38,593 nt of DNA from Bacteriovoracaceae bacterium (GCA_049599895.1 JBMYPC010000010.1:1-38593); one strand, 5' to 3'; numbered from the stretch's first letter, positions 26,935 through 37,401 are shown. Numbers and translations: made by a program. Notes: a model not told the origin generated them from the sequence alone.

Positions 26935-29900
26935 GTGATGGCAGTAAAACTTAAAATTCACAGTCTTTTCTTTTTAAGCATGATGCTTTTTTTGCAATCA
27001 TGTTTAGAGCTCAACACTGCCTCCGTTGAAGAGACAATCGAAGAAGGTGGGACAACAATTCCACTTCCTACCGTTTCCGCTCCGGCCCAAATCACAATTG
27101 ATGAAGATACAAATACGGGACCAGTAATTTTTAAAGTGAAAAACCTTTTCAGTAAAAGAACTCTTTGCTCTCCAAAAACAAAATACACTTTTGATAACAC
27201 AACCCTTCTTGAAAATGCCGGAATCTCCGTCTCTGGTTTTTTCCCAGACTGTCAGATACTGATCCAATCTCTCCCAGAGCAGTTTGGAAATGCTGTGATC
27301 AACTTTACTTTTTATAACTTTGAAGGAGAAGAAGTCACCCATCAGTTAAACCTCGTGGTTGATGAAGTGGATGACCCTCCAAGTTTAAGTGATACCGCTG
27401 ATCAAGTCGGAACTGAAGATCAGGATATAGGCCCAATTGATTTTACAATTGAAGATGACATTACTAACTTTAACTGTACCGACGTCATCCTCACCACAGG
27501 TAACTCAACAGTTCTTCCCACATCGAGAATCACAATTTCTGGTACCGCGCCTTATTGTAAGATTGCTTTTTCGCCAGTTCCCGACACCTATGGATCAAGC
27601 ACAGTGACCCTCAGATTCTTCGATGGAACTCATTTAGTCGAAGATACCATTGAGACCACATTTAATGAGTTCAATGATCCTCCAAGCTACACTACGGCCC
27701 CAGTCAATCAAGTTGGTAACGAAGACCAAACCATTTCTCATATTCCCGTTAAGATTGCGGATATTGATACAACTTTAGTCTGTACAAATGCTTTCAGTGT
27801 GAGTTCAAGTAATACCACCTTGCTTGAAGCAAGTGATTTTACTTTTTCGGGTACAGCACCTGATTGTCTTATTTCTTATACACCTAAAGCAGATGCCTTT
27901 GGTTCAAGTACAATAACACTGAGTCTTACTGATGGAACGAATACTATAACAGACACATTTCTAGTCACAGTAAACTCTGTTAACGACGCTCCTTCGATTT
28001 CAACTGTGATTGATCAAACAAGCTATGAAGACAATTCAACATCTGCTGTGAATTTTACAATCTCAGATACAGAAACAAACCTCAACTGTGTCACAGATAT
28101 TACAGCAACTTCAACGAACACAACTCTCTTACAAAACGCGAAGATAGCGATCACAGGAAGCGCCCCTAATTGTAGCTTCACTCTTACACCTGAAGCAAAC
28201 GAAAGTGGGACCAGTACTGTCACTCTAAGAGTAAGTGATGGGACTACAACCACAGATGAAACTTTCACTTATAATGTCACTGCCGTTGATGACCAGCCCA
28301 CACTCACTTTGCCTTCAGGACAAACAATCCTTGAAGATCAAAGTCTAGGCCCGGTGGTTTTCACAGCCTCTGACCAAGAAACTGTGGTTGATTGTACTAA
28401 CGATATTTCAGTATCCTCTGGAGACACCTCGCTTATTCAAAACTCTTCAATCACTCTTGGAGGAGCGGCTCCTAACTGTACTTTCTCTCTCACACCAGAA
28501 GCCGGGAAATTTGGCAACACTGCCCTTACCTTCACTCTGACTGATTCAGTCTCAAGTGTCTCTGTTCTTAAAGTCATTAATATTGAAGTCACTGCGGTTG
28601 AAGATTCTCCTGAGTTTACGATGCCAGCAATCCCTCTTGTTTATCGAAACGGTGAAACTGGAGAACTTGATTTCACCCTTAGAGATGATGAGCAAGCTCT
28701 GAATTGTGTGACTTCAATTACAGTAGCCTCAACCGATACCACTCTTATCCCAATAGCCAACGTTATCCTCTCTGGAACCGCTCCCAATTGTAAGATGAAC
28801 ATTATTCCCGCAGCAACGCTCTCAGGAACATCAACAATTACTCTTACAGCAACAGATGGAAGTGGCCTCTCAGTTGATACCGATGAAGCTTTTCTGGTTA
28901 CCGTCGACCCACAAGAAGAAGATCCTGTTGTTAGTGTGCTTACACCACTTGATGATGCAACCGGAGTCAGTGTGGATTCAAACCTCACCATTCAATTTGA
29001 TGAAGATATTGCCGCTGGAACAGGATTAATTCTGATTAAAAAAGATAGTGATGATTCAATTATTGAATCTATCGATATTACCTCAAGTGATGTTGACATC
29101 ACTGATGACACTCTTACCATTAACCCAACTCTTGATTTTCCAAGCCACACAGATCTCTACATTGAACTTCCAGCAGGAATTATTGTTGATGTAGATAAAG
29201 GCAATTCATTTGCAGGGATTCTTTTAAAAACAGACTGGAGCTTTGCAACCAAAGGAACTCCGTTTGATAATAACTTCAACTTCTCTATTGGCTCAGAATA
29301 CCTTTGTGAGTCAGGAGGCTGTAATTCAAACTATGTGATGGTGAGTTCAGGAAGTGCGAGTCTTCTTCCTCTTGATCTTACAGTTGATTCCACGAGTGAG
29401 TATACAAGTGGGAATTCCGCAGGAGTCTCAGAGTCAAGCTCAAATCTTCTTCTAGATTCCTCTTATAACCGAAATAGCTTTCACGAGTCGTGGGTTCCAA
29501 AGTTTTCAAATGTTGTGGCCTATTATTCATTTGATAATGATGTGAATGATGCATCAGGCTCGGCAAATACTCACAACGGAACAAACTCTGGTATGACATA
29601 TCTTACAACTTCAAAAGTTGGAACACATAGCGGTAGTTTCGATGGTGCAGATAGCGTGAGCATAAATGACCATACCGATTTTGATATTGGAGTTGGAGAC
29701 AAAGTCTCATTTTCTCTTTGGCTTAAGTCTACTTCTACCCCAGCTAACGCTTACATCATTTTTGATAAAAGAGAGAAAGTAGCAGCCGACTGGACAGGTT
29801 ACGGGTTGACCTATGTGAACTCAAACCGTTTACGTGTCATGCTTTATAGGTCATCGGGTACTTCGTCTACAACTCTCGATAGCTCTACAGTCTTTAATAC

Positions 29901-31683
29901 AGGGGAATGGTTTCATGTAGGAGTCACTATTGACCGTGACTCGACAATAAATTTATTTGTGAATGGGCGCTTAGAAAACACGACAAACATTTCGGCATAT
30001 TCAGCAAGTGACTTTAGTAACTCCTCTAACCTTGTGATTGGGGCCAAGTCTGAAGCAGCAAGTGCCTATATCCCATTTGTCGGAGAACTCGACGAGATGA
30101 TCGTTTGGAACGATAGCGTAAGTAGTGACCAAATGAAACAGATTTACCATCATCAAAAAGCGACTTACACGGGAGAGCACAAATCAAAAGTCTTCAATCT
30201 TGGAAAAAGTAGCTCTTGGCCAGGGATAAACTGGCAAGCAATGCACCCCTATCAAAAAGAACTTCCAGGTAGTTTAGGAAATGAATCTCAATCTGATTAT
30301 AATTCTCTTGTCACATCTATTGGAACCTATGGTGACAGTGACCTGAGTAATTCCTTAATCGGTCTTTGGCATTTCAACTCAAGCCACGATGACTTTAGTA
30401 ATAATAGCAATACGCTTACACCTGATGGAGCAACAATAAGTTCTTTTTCGATGTTTGGTGCAGGCTCTTTATTATTTGATGGAGTGAGTGACCATACCGA
30501 AGTAACTGATCCTGTCGATGGCTCCCTCGACGTTGACACAAGAGATTTCTCTATCTCTCTTTGGGTTTACTCTAGAGATTTTGCTGCCGCGACCAATGAT
30601 TTCCTTGTTCTCAAAGACGATGACGATGCAAGTTCGAATGGGTTTGGGCTCTATATCGAAGATGGTCATCTTAAAGGTTATGTTGATAATTCCGCAACTG
30701 AAGCCGTTGCCCTCTCGGTAGAGGAAATTCGAAGTAATGTTTGGAACCATATTGTCTATCGAGTTGATCGTGGGGTTCTTCAACAGCTTTTCATCAATGG
30801 TAAAGAAGTGACCTACACAACCCAAGATACTCCACATACAGAAGATCTCTCCAATACTCGTGCATTTATTATTGGTTCTGATGAAGCAGGGGTAAGCCCA
30901 TTTAGAGGTTACATTGACGAAGTTGCTATCTGGAATAGGGCCATCAATATCGGAGAAGTCCAAGAACTTTATCGAAGAGGGGCAAACAGAATCAAATTCC
31001 AAGTGAGAAGTTGTGCTGCTTCAGACTGTACAGATCAAGACGCCCTGAGTGGTGACGGCTGGATCGGTCCAGGTGGAGACAACCAGAGCTTTTTCAGTGA
31101 AGCGCAAAACTGCGTCTCAGTTGATGGAAGTGGTGATTGTAATGGTGATATCAACCTGAGTCGCCCCTATTTTGAATTCGCTGACTTTGTCACTGCCCCA
31201 ACAGATAATCAGTATTTTCAATGGCGAGCGATCTTTGAAAGTGATGATGAAAACGATGCTTGTTTTGGCTCAACCTGTATGCCAACTCTTAATAATGTAA
31301 GCCTCAATGCTAAAACGGGATCTCTTGTGACTGGATCAGATATTGAAAGATACTGGGGTGCCATTCCAAAGATTGAAAATAATCTCTCTTTATCTTTTAG
31401 TGATATCACTTCAATCACTTTAACTGAAACCGGAAGCTGTGCCATGAGATATCAAATTTCAAATGACGGCGGCGCGACTTATTACTATCACACAGGAGCA
31501 GCCTGGGCAGCTTCAGCAAACGAGACCACACATACCAACACAAAAGCTCAACTTGAAGCCAATATCACAAGTTTTGCTCCGTCAGCTCCTCCAAGTAGCG
31601 ATTTTAAATTTAAAGTTCTTATGGACTCTGATACAGATCAAACCTGCGGAATCGACAATATCAATATTGTTGGTGAAGACTAG
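26935..31683 (+). CDS. Large surface lipoprotein: six cadherin/Ig-like repeats, an Ig-like (Big_5-type) domain and two LamG domains
   Basis: Lipobox LQSC, V(N/D)DxP-linked ~100-aa repeats, TP.DDATGV..DSNLTIQFDE, and two LamG blocks (FSLW...WxH...FxGxxDE). Confidence 0.85.
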   Translation: MMAVKLKIHSLFFLSMMLFLQSCLELNTASVEETIEEGGTTIPLPTVSAPAQITIDEDTNTGPVIFKVKNLFSKRTLCSPKTKYTFDNTTLLENAGISVSGFFPDCQILIQSLPEQFGNAVINFTFYNFEGEEVTHQLNLVVDEVDDPPSLSDTADQVGTEDQDIGPIDFTIEDDITNFNCTDVILTTGNSTVLPTSRITISGTAPYCKIAFSPVPDTYGSSTVTLRFFDGTHLVEDTIETTFNEFNDPPSYTTAPVNQVGNEDQTISHIPVKIADIDTTLVCTNAFSVSSSNTTLLEASDFTFSGTAPDCLISYTPKADAFGSSTITLSLTDGTNTITDTFLVTVNSVNDAPSISTVIDQTSYEDNSTSAVNFTISDTETNLNCVTDITATSTNTTLLQNAKIAITGSAPNCSFTLTPEANESGTSTVTLRVSDGTTTTDETFTYNVTAVDDQPTLTLPSGQTILEDQSLGPVVFTASDQETVVDCTNDISVSSGDTSLIQNSSITLGGAAPNCTFSLTPEAGKFGNTALTFTLTDSVSSVSVLKVINIEVTAVEDSPEFTMPAIPLVYRNGETGELDFTLRDDEQALNCVTSITVASTDTTLIPIANVILSGTAPNCKMNIIPAATLSGTSTITLTATDGSGLSVDTDEAFLVTVDPQEEDPVVSVLTPLDDATGVSVDSNLTIQFDEDIAAGTGLILIKKDSDDSIIESIDITSSDVDITDDTLTINPTLDFPSHTDLYIELPAGIIVDVDKGNSFAGILLKTDWSFATKGTPFDNNFNFSIGSEYLCESGGCNSNYVMVSSGSASLLPLDLTVDSTSEYTSGNSAGVSESSSNLLLDSSYNRNSFHESWVPKFSNVVAYYSFDNDVNDASGSANTHNGTNSGMTYLTTSKVGTHSGSFDGADSVSINDHTDFDIGVGDKVSFSLWLKSTSTPANAYIIFDKREKVAADWTGYGLTYVNSNRLRVMLYRSSGTSSTTLDSSTVFNTGEWFHVGVTIDRDSTINLFVNGRLENTTNISAYSASDFSNSSNLVIGAKSEAASAYIPFVGELDEMIVWNDSVSSDQMKQIYHHQKATYTGEHKSKVFNLGKSSSWPGINWQAMHPYQKELPGSLGNESQSDYNSLVTSIGTYGDSDLSNSLIGLWHFNSSHDDFSNNSNTLTPDGATISSFSMFGAGSLLFDGVSDHTEVTDPVDGSLDVDTRDFSISLWVYSRDFAAATNDFLVLKDDDDASSNGFGLYIEDGHLKGYVDNSATEAVALSVEEIRSNVWNHIVYRVDRGVLQQLFINGKEVTYTTQDTPHTEDLSNTRAFIIGSDEAGVSPFRGYIDEVAIWNRAINIGEVQELYRRGANRIKFQVRSCAASDCTDQDALSGDGWIGPGGDNQSFFSEAQNCVSVDGSGDCNGDINLSRPYFEFADFVTAPTDNQYFQWRAIFESDDENDACFGSTCMPTLNNVSLNAKTGSLVTGSDIERYWGAIPKIENNLSLSFSDITSITLTETGSCAMRYQISNDGGATYYYHTGAAWAASANETTHTNTKAQLEANITSFAPSAPPSSDFKFKVLMDSDTDQTCGIDNINIVGED

Positions 31684-32369
31684 ATCAGGTTCTCAAGTTT
31701 TGTAAGCCCCATGGCGTACTTTGAAAAATAATCTCTTTTTATGGAATAGCTTTTTAAGATCTCTTTTAAGAAGTCTGGCAGGAATTGTTCTTCGTATTTA
31801 ATTTCCATCAAGATTCTTCGTCTTTGGGGCTCTTCAAAAAATTCTCTTCTTTGCTCAAATTTTTGTCCCAAAGGATAACTGGAAAGAACATGATCAAAAG
31901 TCACTCTCAGCTTCTTCGAGTCAAGATACTTCTCATAAGCTTCCCTTTCATAATAAACAAAGCAGCTCGGGCGAAGTTTTTGGGTTCGAAACTCACGAGA
32001 AACATCAGCATCATCAAAGTTTTTAAGAAAATCTTTATCAAAGATGTCTGTTCCCACTTTGAGAGGATTTCGACTTTTAAATTGTCGATCATCAATTTTA
32101 ATTTTTTGCTCTAACCAAATCTCATCTTTTTCAAGAGAAAAGCTTTTTGAATAAGTTCGAAATCTTAGCTTGTAATGGCGAAGCTCTCCATTAATCTTTT
32201 GATAGAAATACTCTTTATCAGGAGTATCAAAATAAAGACTTGTAATGGGATAGGCCCCTCCACACTTTGTCGTGTAGGTATCAGGCTTTAAAAGAAATCC
32301 CACTTGCCTTCGAAGAGCATAGTACTGATCAAAGTTTAAAAGATATTTTGATTCATATCGGACAGCCAT
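31680..32369 (-). CDS. VTC-domain polyphosphate polymerase family protein
   Basis: RYESKY, ITSLYFDTP, KLRFRTY, LEQKIK, YEREAY, RVTFD, MEIKY and FSKY. The likely start is ATG 32369. Confidence 0.9.
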   Translation of the reverse strand: MAVRYESKYLLNFDQYYALRRQVGFLLKPDTYTTKCGGAYPITSLYFDTPDKEYFYQKINGELRHYKLRFRTYSKSFSLEKDEIWLEQKIKIDDRQFKSRNPLKVGTDIFDKDFLKNFDDADVSREFRTQKLRPSCFVYYEREAYEKYLDSKKLRVTFDHVLSSYPLGQKFEQRREFFEEPQRRRILMEIKYEEQFLPDFLKEILKSYSIKRDYFSKYAMGLTKLENLI

Positions 32370-34059
32370 TGAACCCCACCAATCTCTTCTCTTTACCAAT
32401 CTTTTGCAATGGAATGGCCCTATTGCCTCCACCTTCAGTTACCCAAACAGGAACTTTTTCATTTTTCTTAGGATTTTTTGATCTTACTTGAATTTGGTAT
32501 TTTGAAAAATAGATCTTCATATGACCCACGGCCTTTCCGGTTTCACGGTCCACCTCGATCATATGATCCTGTTGATTAATACTCGCTGGATAATAAGCAA
32601 GGACATTTCGATTCCCCATCATGTAAGCACTTCCTCTATTGAAAATCTTAAGATAATGAGGGGGTTGATAATTCCAGACGACGACGGCCTTTCCCTTTTC
32701 TTTATCAAAACCATACACGACCACTCTGGAGCCTATATTATTGGGAGCGGGAGGAGAAGAATGATTATCCATCATAAGAACATAACCACTTGGAAGGATC
32801 TGTGCGTGATGCTGATGATAGAATGCATGTTGAAGATTTTTAGTTTGGTAAGTATCTTCAGGGTCGTTGCCAAGAGTCCAAACAAGATTAAATTTTTCAT
32901 CGAGAAGAACAACTTTTGAAAGATTTCTTAGGCTAATGAGATAACCTAGCCCTGGATAATATTCAAGAGTGTTAGCATGAGAAAAATCAATTTGAGCTTC
33001 CGGCTTATCAAACTCTGAAAAATGCCTGCCAAGATTCAACAACGCAAAGTTGGCATGGGCGGGCGTTCTCTCCCAATTAACGCCTTTTAAGATATTAAAG
33101 GAATCAATGGGATCCCATAAGATCTTGCTAGAATTCTTTCCAATATTAACCTCTTCTAAAGTTGTTGAAACCACTGTGGATGGAGGTGTAAAAAACTGAA
33201 GCCAGTGTTGAGTATCATCGATGAGAGGATAAATATTTCGAAGATAATGCAATTTATGGCCAAGGGTAAAGAGACGATTACTATGGTAAACAAAATCGTG
33301 ATGAATCACATAAGGGTTATCAGAAAGTTTAGGATTGATACTAAAGTCAATTTCCCCTTTTGAATTAAACTTTTCAAAGAAGCTGGATTTCTCACCATAA
33401 AGAACACCATAGAGGCCATCCCCTACAGGCTTAACCATAAGGTATCTTCTAAAATTGAGTTTTCCATGTTGAGTAAGATGGGCCCAAACAATTTCCCCAA
33501 AACGATTGATAATGACTGGAAAATAAGTTCTATCTCTGAGATTACCCGTTGTTGGAATAAATGCAGCACCTATAAGATAAAAAGGATCAGAAAACTCCCC
33601 TTCTTTTGTAATTCCAAAGTTTTCGAGAATGGGAACCTTCGGAGCTTCTAACTTTTTCGTTTGGACAGTTTTAAGATTGCCTTTCTTGTCTTCAACACAA
33701 AATTCAAGCTTAGAAAGATAAGTTGGAGGCAAATATTCGAAACCTGTCCCAATGGAATCTTTGAACTTATCTTTTGTTTTGAAATAACCAATCTCCGCGT
33801 TACCGTAGATAAGAGAATCAGACTCATCAGAAACATAGAGTTTTTTATGAAAAGACTTGGCAAGGTTTCCATGACCAAGAATGGCAATACGATTAAGGTT
33901 GGCCTTGTTGTTAATCTTAAGACGGTCCCTCATCTCTTTTAGGTTCTGAACTCTTTTAATAGGATTCAAGCTCGAAGGAATCAACGTGGCCACACAAATC
34001 AGTGAAGCACCGAAAATGAGAAGCTTTGTCATGTCCTTTTTATTAAAACGATTTGCCAT
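32353..34059 (-). CDS. Arylsulfotransferase (ASST)-like beta-propeller, exported or membrane-anchored
   Basis: N-terminal hydrophobic helix, IHHDF, DFSHANT, ISLRN, FYHQHHAQ and RGSAY. Confidence 0.8.
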   Translation of the reverse strand: MANRFNKKDMTKLLIFGASLICVATLIPSSLNPIKRVQNLKEMRDRLKINNKANLNRIAILGHGNLAKSFHKKLYVSDESDSLIYGNAEIGYFKTKDKFKDSIGTGFEYLPPTYLSKLEFCVEDKKGNLKTVQTKKLEAPKVPILENFGITKEGEFSDPFYLIGAAFIPTTGNLRDRTYFPVIINRFGEIVWAHLTQHGKLNFRRYLMVKPVGDGLYGVLYGEKSSFFEKFNSKGEIDFSINPKLSDNPYVIHHDFVYHSNRLFTLGHKLHYLRNIYPLIDDTQHWLQFFTPPSTVVSTTLEEVNIGKNSSKILWDPIDSFNILKGVNWERTPAHANFALLNLGRHFSEFDKPEAQIDFSHANTLEYYPGLGYLISLRNLSKVVLLDEKFNLVWTLGNDPEDTYQTKNLQHAFYHQHHAQILPSGYVLMMDNHSSPPAPNNIGSRVVVYGFDKEKGKAVVVWNYQPPHYLKIFNRGSAYMMGNRNVLAYYPASINQQDHMIEVDRETGKAVGHMKIYFSKYQIQVRSKNPKKNEKVPVWVTEGGGNRAIPLQKIGKEKRLVGFNGCPI

Positions 34060-34124
34060 TTACTTCATAATTTTAAGATAATTAGATTTGATCTGTCAGT
34101 TAAATATGATTGAGGTATAACCAC

Positions 34125-34826
34125 ATGGACATTAACCACCTGATTAAGTCAATTTTTATTTCCGATACCAATGCCCTTGGGGTGCTCGACATCTTTCTTG
34201 CCATCACTTTTCCTTTTATCCTTTGTCTTTTTATTGGCTATTTCTATAAAAGAACCAATTACCAGAATCATTACTCCATTAACTTCATTTTAGCGATTCC
34301 TCTGTTTGGTGCTCTCACCAGTATTATCACTCTTTTGATTGGCTCAAATATCGCAAGGGCCTTTGGTCTTGTTGGTGCTCTTTCTCTGATTCGTTTTCGT
34401 ACAGCAGTGAAAGACCCCATTGATTCAATCTATCTTTTTTGGGCATTAGGTGTGGGCATGGCCTGTGGAACCGGGTTTTATCTCGCTGCCATTGCCATTG
34501 TTCTTTTAGGAATTACCTATATGGCAATTCTCTATAAAATTAAGTTTGCTCAATCTGAACGAGTGAATCTTATCGTTAAGGCCTTCTTTTCAAAGTCTGC
34601 TGACGAATCACAAATAAAAAGCTTTGAAAAAGAATGTGAAAGCTATTTTTCAAGTGTTAATCCTCTGAATATCTATACATCATCTCAATCAGATGAGAAT
34701 GAGTTCGTTTACTCCTGTCAGCTTAAGAAGCGCATGGGAACCACGAGCTTAGTAGAAGAACTTAAAAAGAATAAAGATGTTAAAAAAGTTGAAGTTCTCT
34801 CTCAGGATTCGGCACTTTATCTTTAA
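34125..34826 (+). CDS. DUF4956 membrane protein
   Basis: IGSNIARAFGLVGALSLIRFRTAVKDP...GMACGTG and a C-terminal ACT-like domain. The ATG at 34125 follows GAGGT. Confidence 0.9.
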   Translation: MDINHLIKSIFISDTNALGVLDIFLAITFPFILCLFIGYFYKRTNYQNHYSINFILAIPLFGALTSIITLLIGSNIARAFGLVGALSLIRFRTAVKDPIDSIYLFWALGVGMACGTGFYLAAIAIVLLGITYMAILYKIKFAQSERVNLIVKAFFSKSADESQIKSFEKECESYFSSVNPLNIYTSSQSDENEFVYSCQLKKRMGTTSLVEELKKNKDVKKVEVLSQDSALYL

Positions 34827-34834
34827 AGAGGGCC

Positions 34835-35902
34835 ATGAAGCTTTTAATTCTTCTTTCCTTTTTATTGCCTTTCTTCGCTCTTTCAAAAGAAAAAAAGAAG
34901 CTCTATTTTGGAACTCCGAAAAGGCTCGAATTTGAATATAAGTTTGCTTCAACAATTAACCCTAAACAGAATCTCGATATTAAGGCCATTATTTCGCGAT
35001 TTAAAAGTGAGCTTGAACGTCTTATTAATAAAGAGGTCTTTCATTTTCCTAAGCTTTCTAAGAAGTCCTATTGGCAAGATCTTCAATTTACAAGTTTCGT
35101 TTTCCAAGATCATTATCTCGATACTGACAGTCTCGCTGTATTCAACGCTAACTCTGTTTATCGATTAAGACATCGCTGGGTTCACACGGAAAAGTTTTAT
35201 CGCCACCAGATACTTCCCTTTTTACGAGTGTTCTATCCAGATCGTTGTGAAATTCAATTTAAAAGTGGTTATATTCGAAATGAAGAAGATAAAACTGTTA
35301 AAGTCTTTGAAACCCGATTTGAGTTTCGAAAAGAGTCGGAACCTTTTTTATCTAACGGTGGAACACCTCCTCCACCATGGCCAGTTAAAGAATATCTTGA
35401 ATACGCTAAAAGTGGTGAATACAAAATTTTTCCTATGCTTCCCTTTTATGAACTCGAAGCAACAATTGGAAAAAATGAAGTGGCCCAAATAGCCCCGAAA
35501 CTAAAAGTCACAACCGAAAGGCATCGAACTCATCTTAATATGGATCATCTTTGGGGAGTTGGACCTAACCCTCAACACGTTTTTATTCTTACTCTCGATC
35601 TCTCGAGAGTCCAAAATCTCCAAACGGGCGAATCTCTGAAAGAGACATTTCTTGAACTTGAAATTGAAATTGATCGCAATACCTCAACTGAAATCAACCG
35701 AATTGCAGACCTTAAAGAATTTCGTTCAGCAATGGAGGAAAAGGCTTCTGAAACTTCAAAAGAAGCTCAAGGTCTTTTAAAGCTTGACCTTAAACTGCTT
35801 CGAAAGAGTTTTGAAAAGATCTTAAATGAAGAGTTTCAACTGACTCAAGACCCTACAAACAATAAGTATTCAAGATTTATCACACTGTTTAAAAAATCTT
35901 AG
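34835..35902 (+). CDS. Signal-peptide-bearing CYTH/triphosphate tunnel metalloenzyme-like protein
   Basis: N-terminal signal, EFEYK (ExExK), DHYLDT, YRLRHR, QFK, TERHR, LTLD, LELEIE and NKY. Confidence 0.7.
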   Translation: MKLLILLSFLLPFFALSKEKKKLYFGTPKRLEFEYKFASTINPKQNLDIKAIISRFKSELERLINKEVFHFPKLSKKSYWQDLQFTSFVFQDHYLDTDSLAVFNANSVYRLRHRWVHTEKFYRHQILPFLRVFYPDRCEIQFKSGYIRNEEDKTVKVFETRFEFRKESEPFLSNGGTPPPPWPVKEYLEYAKSGEYKIFPMLPFYELEATIGKNEVAQIAPKLKVTTERHRTHLNMDHLWGVGPNPQHVFILTLDLSRVQNLQTGESLKETFLELEIEIDRNTSTEINRIADLKEFRSAMEEKASETSKEAQGLLKLDLKLLRKSFEKILNEEFQLTQDPTNNKYSRFITLFKKS

Positions 35903-37256
35903 TGTAACCAAACGAAAAGAGATCATTGGCCCTATAGTCATACCAGTATGAACGAGTATCAGGACTTCGAAGAAGTTTTGCTCCAAAAGAAAAGAATGAA
36001 TCTTTGCTCCAGAGATACCTGGAATCTGCACTAATGAGCTGATCTTTAAGTCTTAGATCATAAAGATACTTAACGCGAAAACTCACTTTCGGAAGAACTT
36101 GGTTTTGGTATTCAGTTCCGATCCCTCTTCTCCAAAGAGGAGCAAAAGTGAGAAAGTCATCCCCAAAATTTTTATCACCTTCAAGCATGGCAATGGTTTT
36201 AATGGTTGCCGACTGTCTTTTGGCCACAGGGAGTTTGAGATCAAAAAACCAATAACTTTGCTTTTCATAGTTTGGATTGATCTTAATATATTCCGTTTCA
36301 AAAATTCTTCCGGTTCTCTCTTGTTCTATAGGATCAAGAATCACAAAATCATCAAACACATTTGAGTTTGGATCAATCACTTGAAAGCTATTTTTCACGA
36401 CGACTTTTTTATCTTTTGTATGAACCGATAGATCTGCTCCAAAAACAGAATGATGATTGACTATGGGAGCCGCTGTGGCCTGAATTCTTGCACTTGTATC
36501 AGGAAAGGCCTGAGCATTAATTCTAAGTTGGTTTTCAGGCTTATACAGTCCAAAAGCTGAGACAGAGACATTGGTCCAATCATAACCGATCTTTGCTCCA
36601 AAACTTTTTTTGAAAACCACATCACTGACATCAGGTCTTTCAACATTATAGTTGATATCTAATTGATTGCCTTCAACGACGACTGTTGAAGGAGGAGTTC
36701 TTCCCCAATAGGACTTTCGAACGATCTTTCCATCTTCTTCATCGATTCTAGGATTAAGAGAGGGAACATAAAAATAAGAAGCAAAAAGCTCTGTATGAAA
36801 TTTTTTATTTTCAGATTGAAACCTTGAGTGAACACCAAACTTTCCTTCTTGCCTCTCATCAAGAAAGTTTATGCCAACGGCCCCATTAATATTTGAAAGG
36901 TACCAAAAGCCTTCATCCGCAGACCAATCAAGACGCTTTCTCCCCACTCCCACTTCAATCACTCGATCAAATTGATGAGTGTAATAAAGTTCACTTAATG
37001 AGTAGGCCAAATGGGATTTCTCTTGGAAGTATTGAGAATGGGCCTCAACTTTAGTTTTGCCTTTAGAAAACTTCCTTTCATCAACAATACTGAGATCAAA
37101 AGAGTTATTCATTTGCTGATCAATATTTGCGTTAGAAAAGTTTTGGGATTGAATCCCAAGGGAAAGATCACTTTTCAGCTCTGCAGCATTCAAAAGATGC
37201 AAAGAAGTTGTAAGTACTAAAAATGACGTGAGCATGTGTCTAATCATATTTGACAC
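35889..37256 (-). CDS. Outer-membrane beta-barrel protein of unknown function
   Basis: Signal peptide, amphipathic strands, SELYY..VGRKRLDWS and a terminal Phe (FSFGYTKIF). Confidence 0.7.
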   Translation of the reverse strand: MSNMIRHMLTSFLVLTTSLHLLNAAELKSDLSLGIQSQNFSNANIDQQMNNSFDLSIVDERKFSKGKTKVEAHSQYFQEKSHLAYSLSELYYTHQFDRVIEVGVGRKRLDWSADEGFWYLSNINGAVGINFLDERQEGKFGVHSRFQSENKKFHTELFASYFYVPSLNPRIDEEDGKIVRKSYWGRTPPSTVVVEGNQLDINYNVERPDVSDVVFKKSFGAKIGYDWTNVSVSAFGLYKPENQLRINAQAFPDTSARIQATAAPIVNHHSVFGADLSVHTKDKKVVVKNSFQVIDPNSNVFDDFVILDPIEQERTGRIFETEYIKINPNYEKQSYWFFDLKLPVAKRQSATIKTIAMLEGDKNFGDDFLTFAPLWRRGIGTEYQNQVLPKVSFRVKYLYDLRLKDQLISADSRYLWSKDSFFSFGAKLLRSPDTRSYWYDYRANDLFSFGYTKIF

Positions 37257-37401
37257 ATTAGCAGCATTTGTCGATATATGGCCAAATTTCCTCTGAAAGT
37301 TTGTAAAAAATAGGCACAGTGCAAAGAGTTTTATTCAAATTGTTTCATTATGATTAGGCTGCATAAATCATGACCTTTTTACATGGTCTTTTAGGTGGCG
37401 C

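Noticed and set aside
26958..31445. Several antisense ORFs inside the large adhesin gene
   Set aside because: Shadow ORFs from biased codon use, with no protein features.
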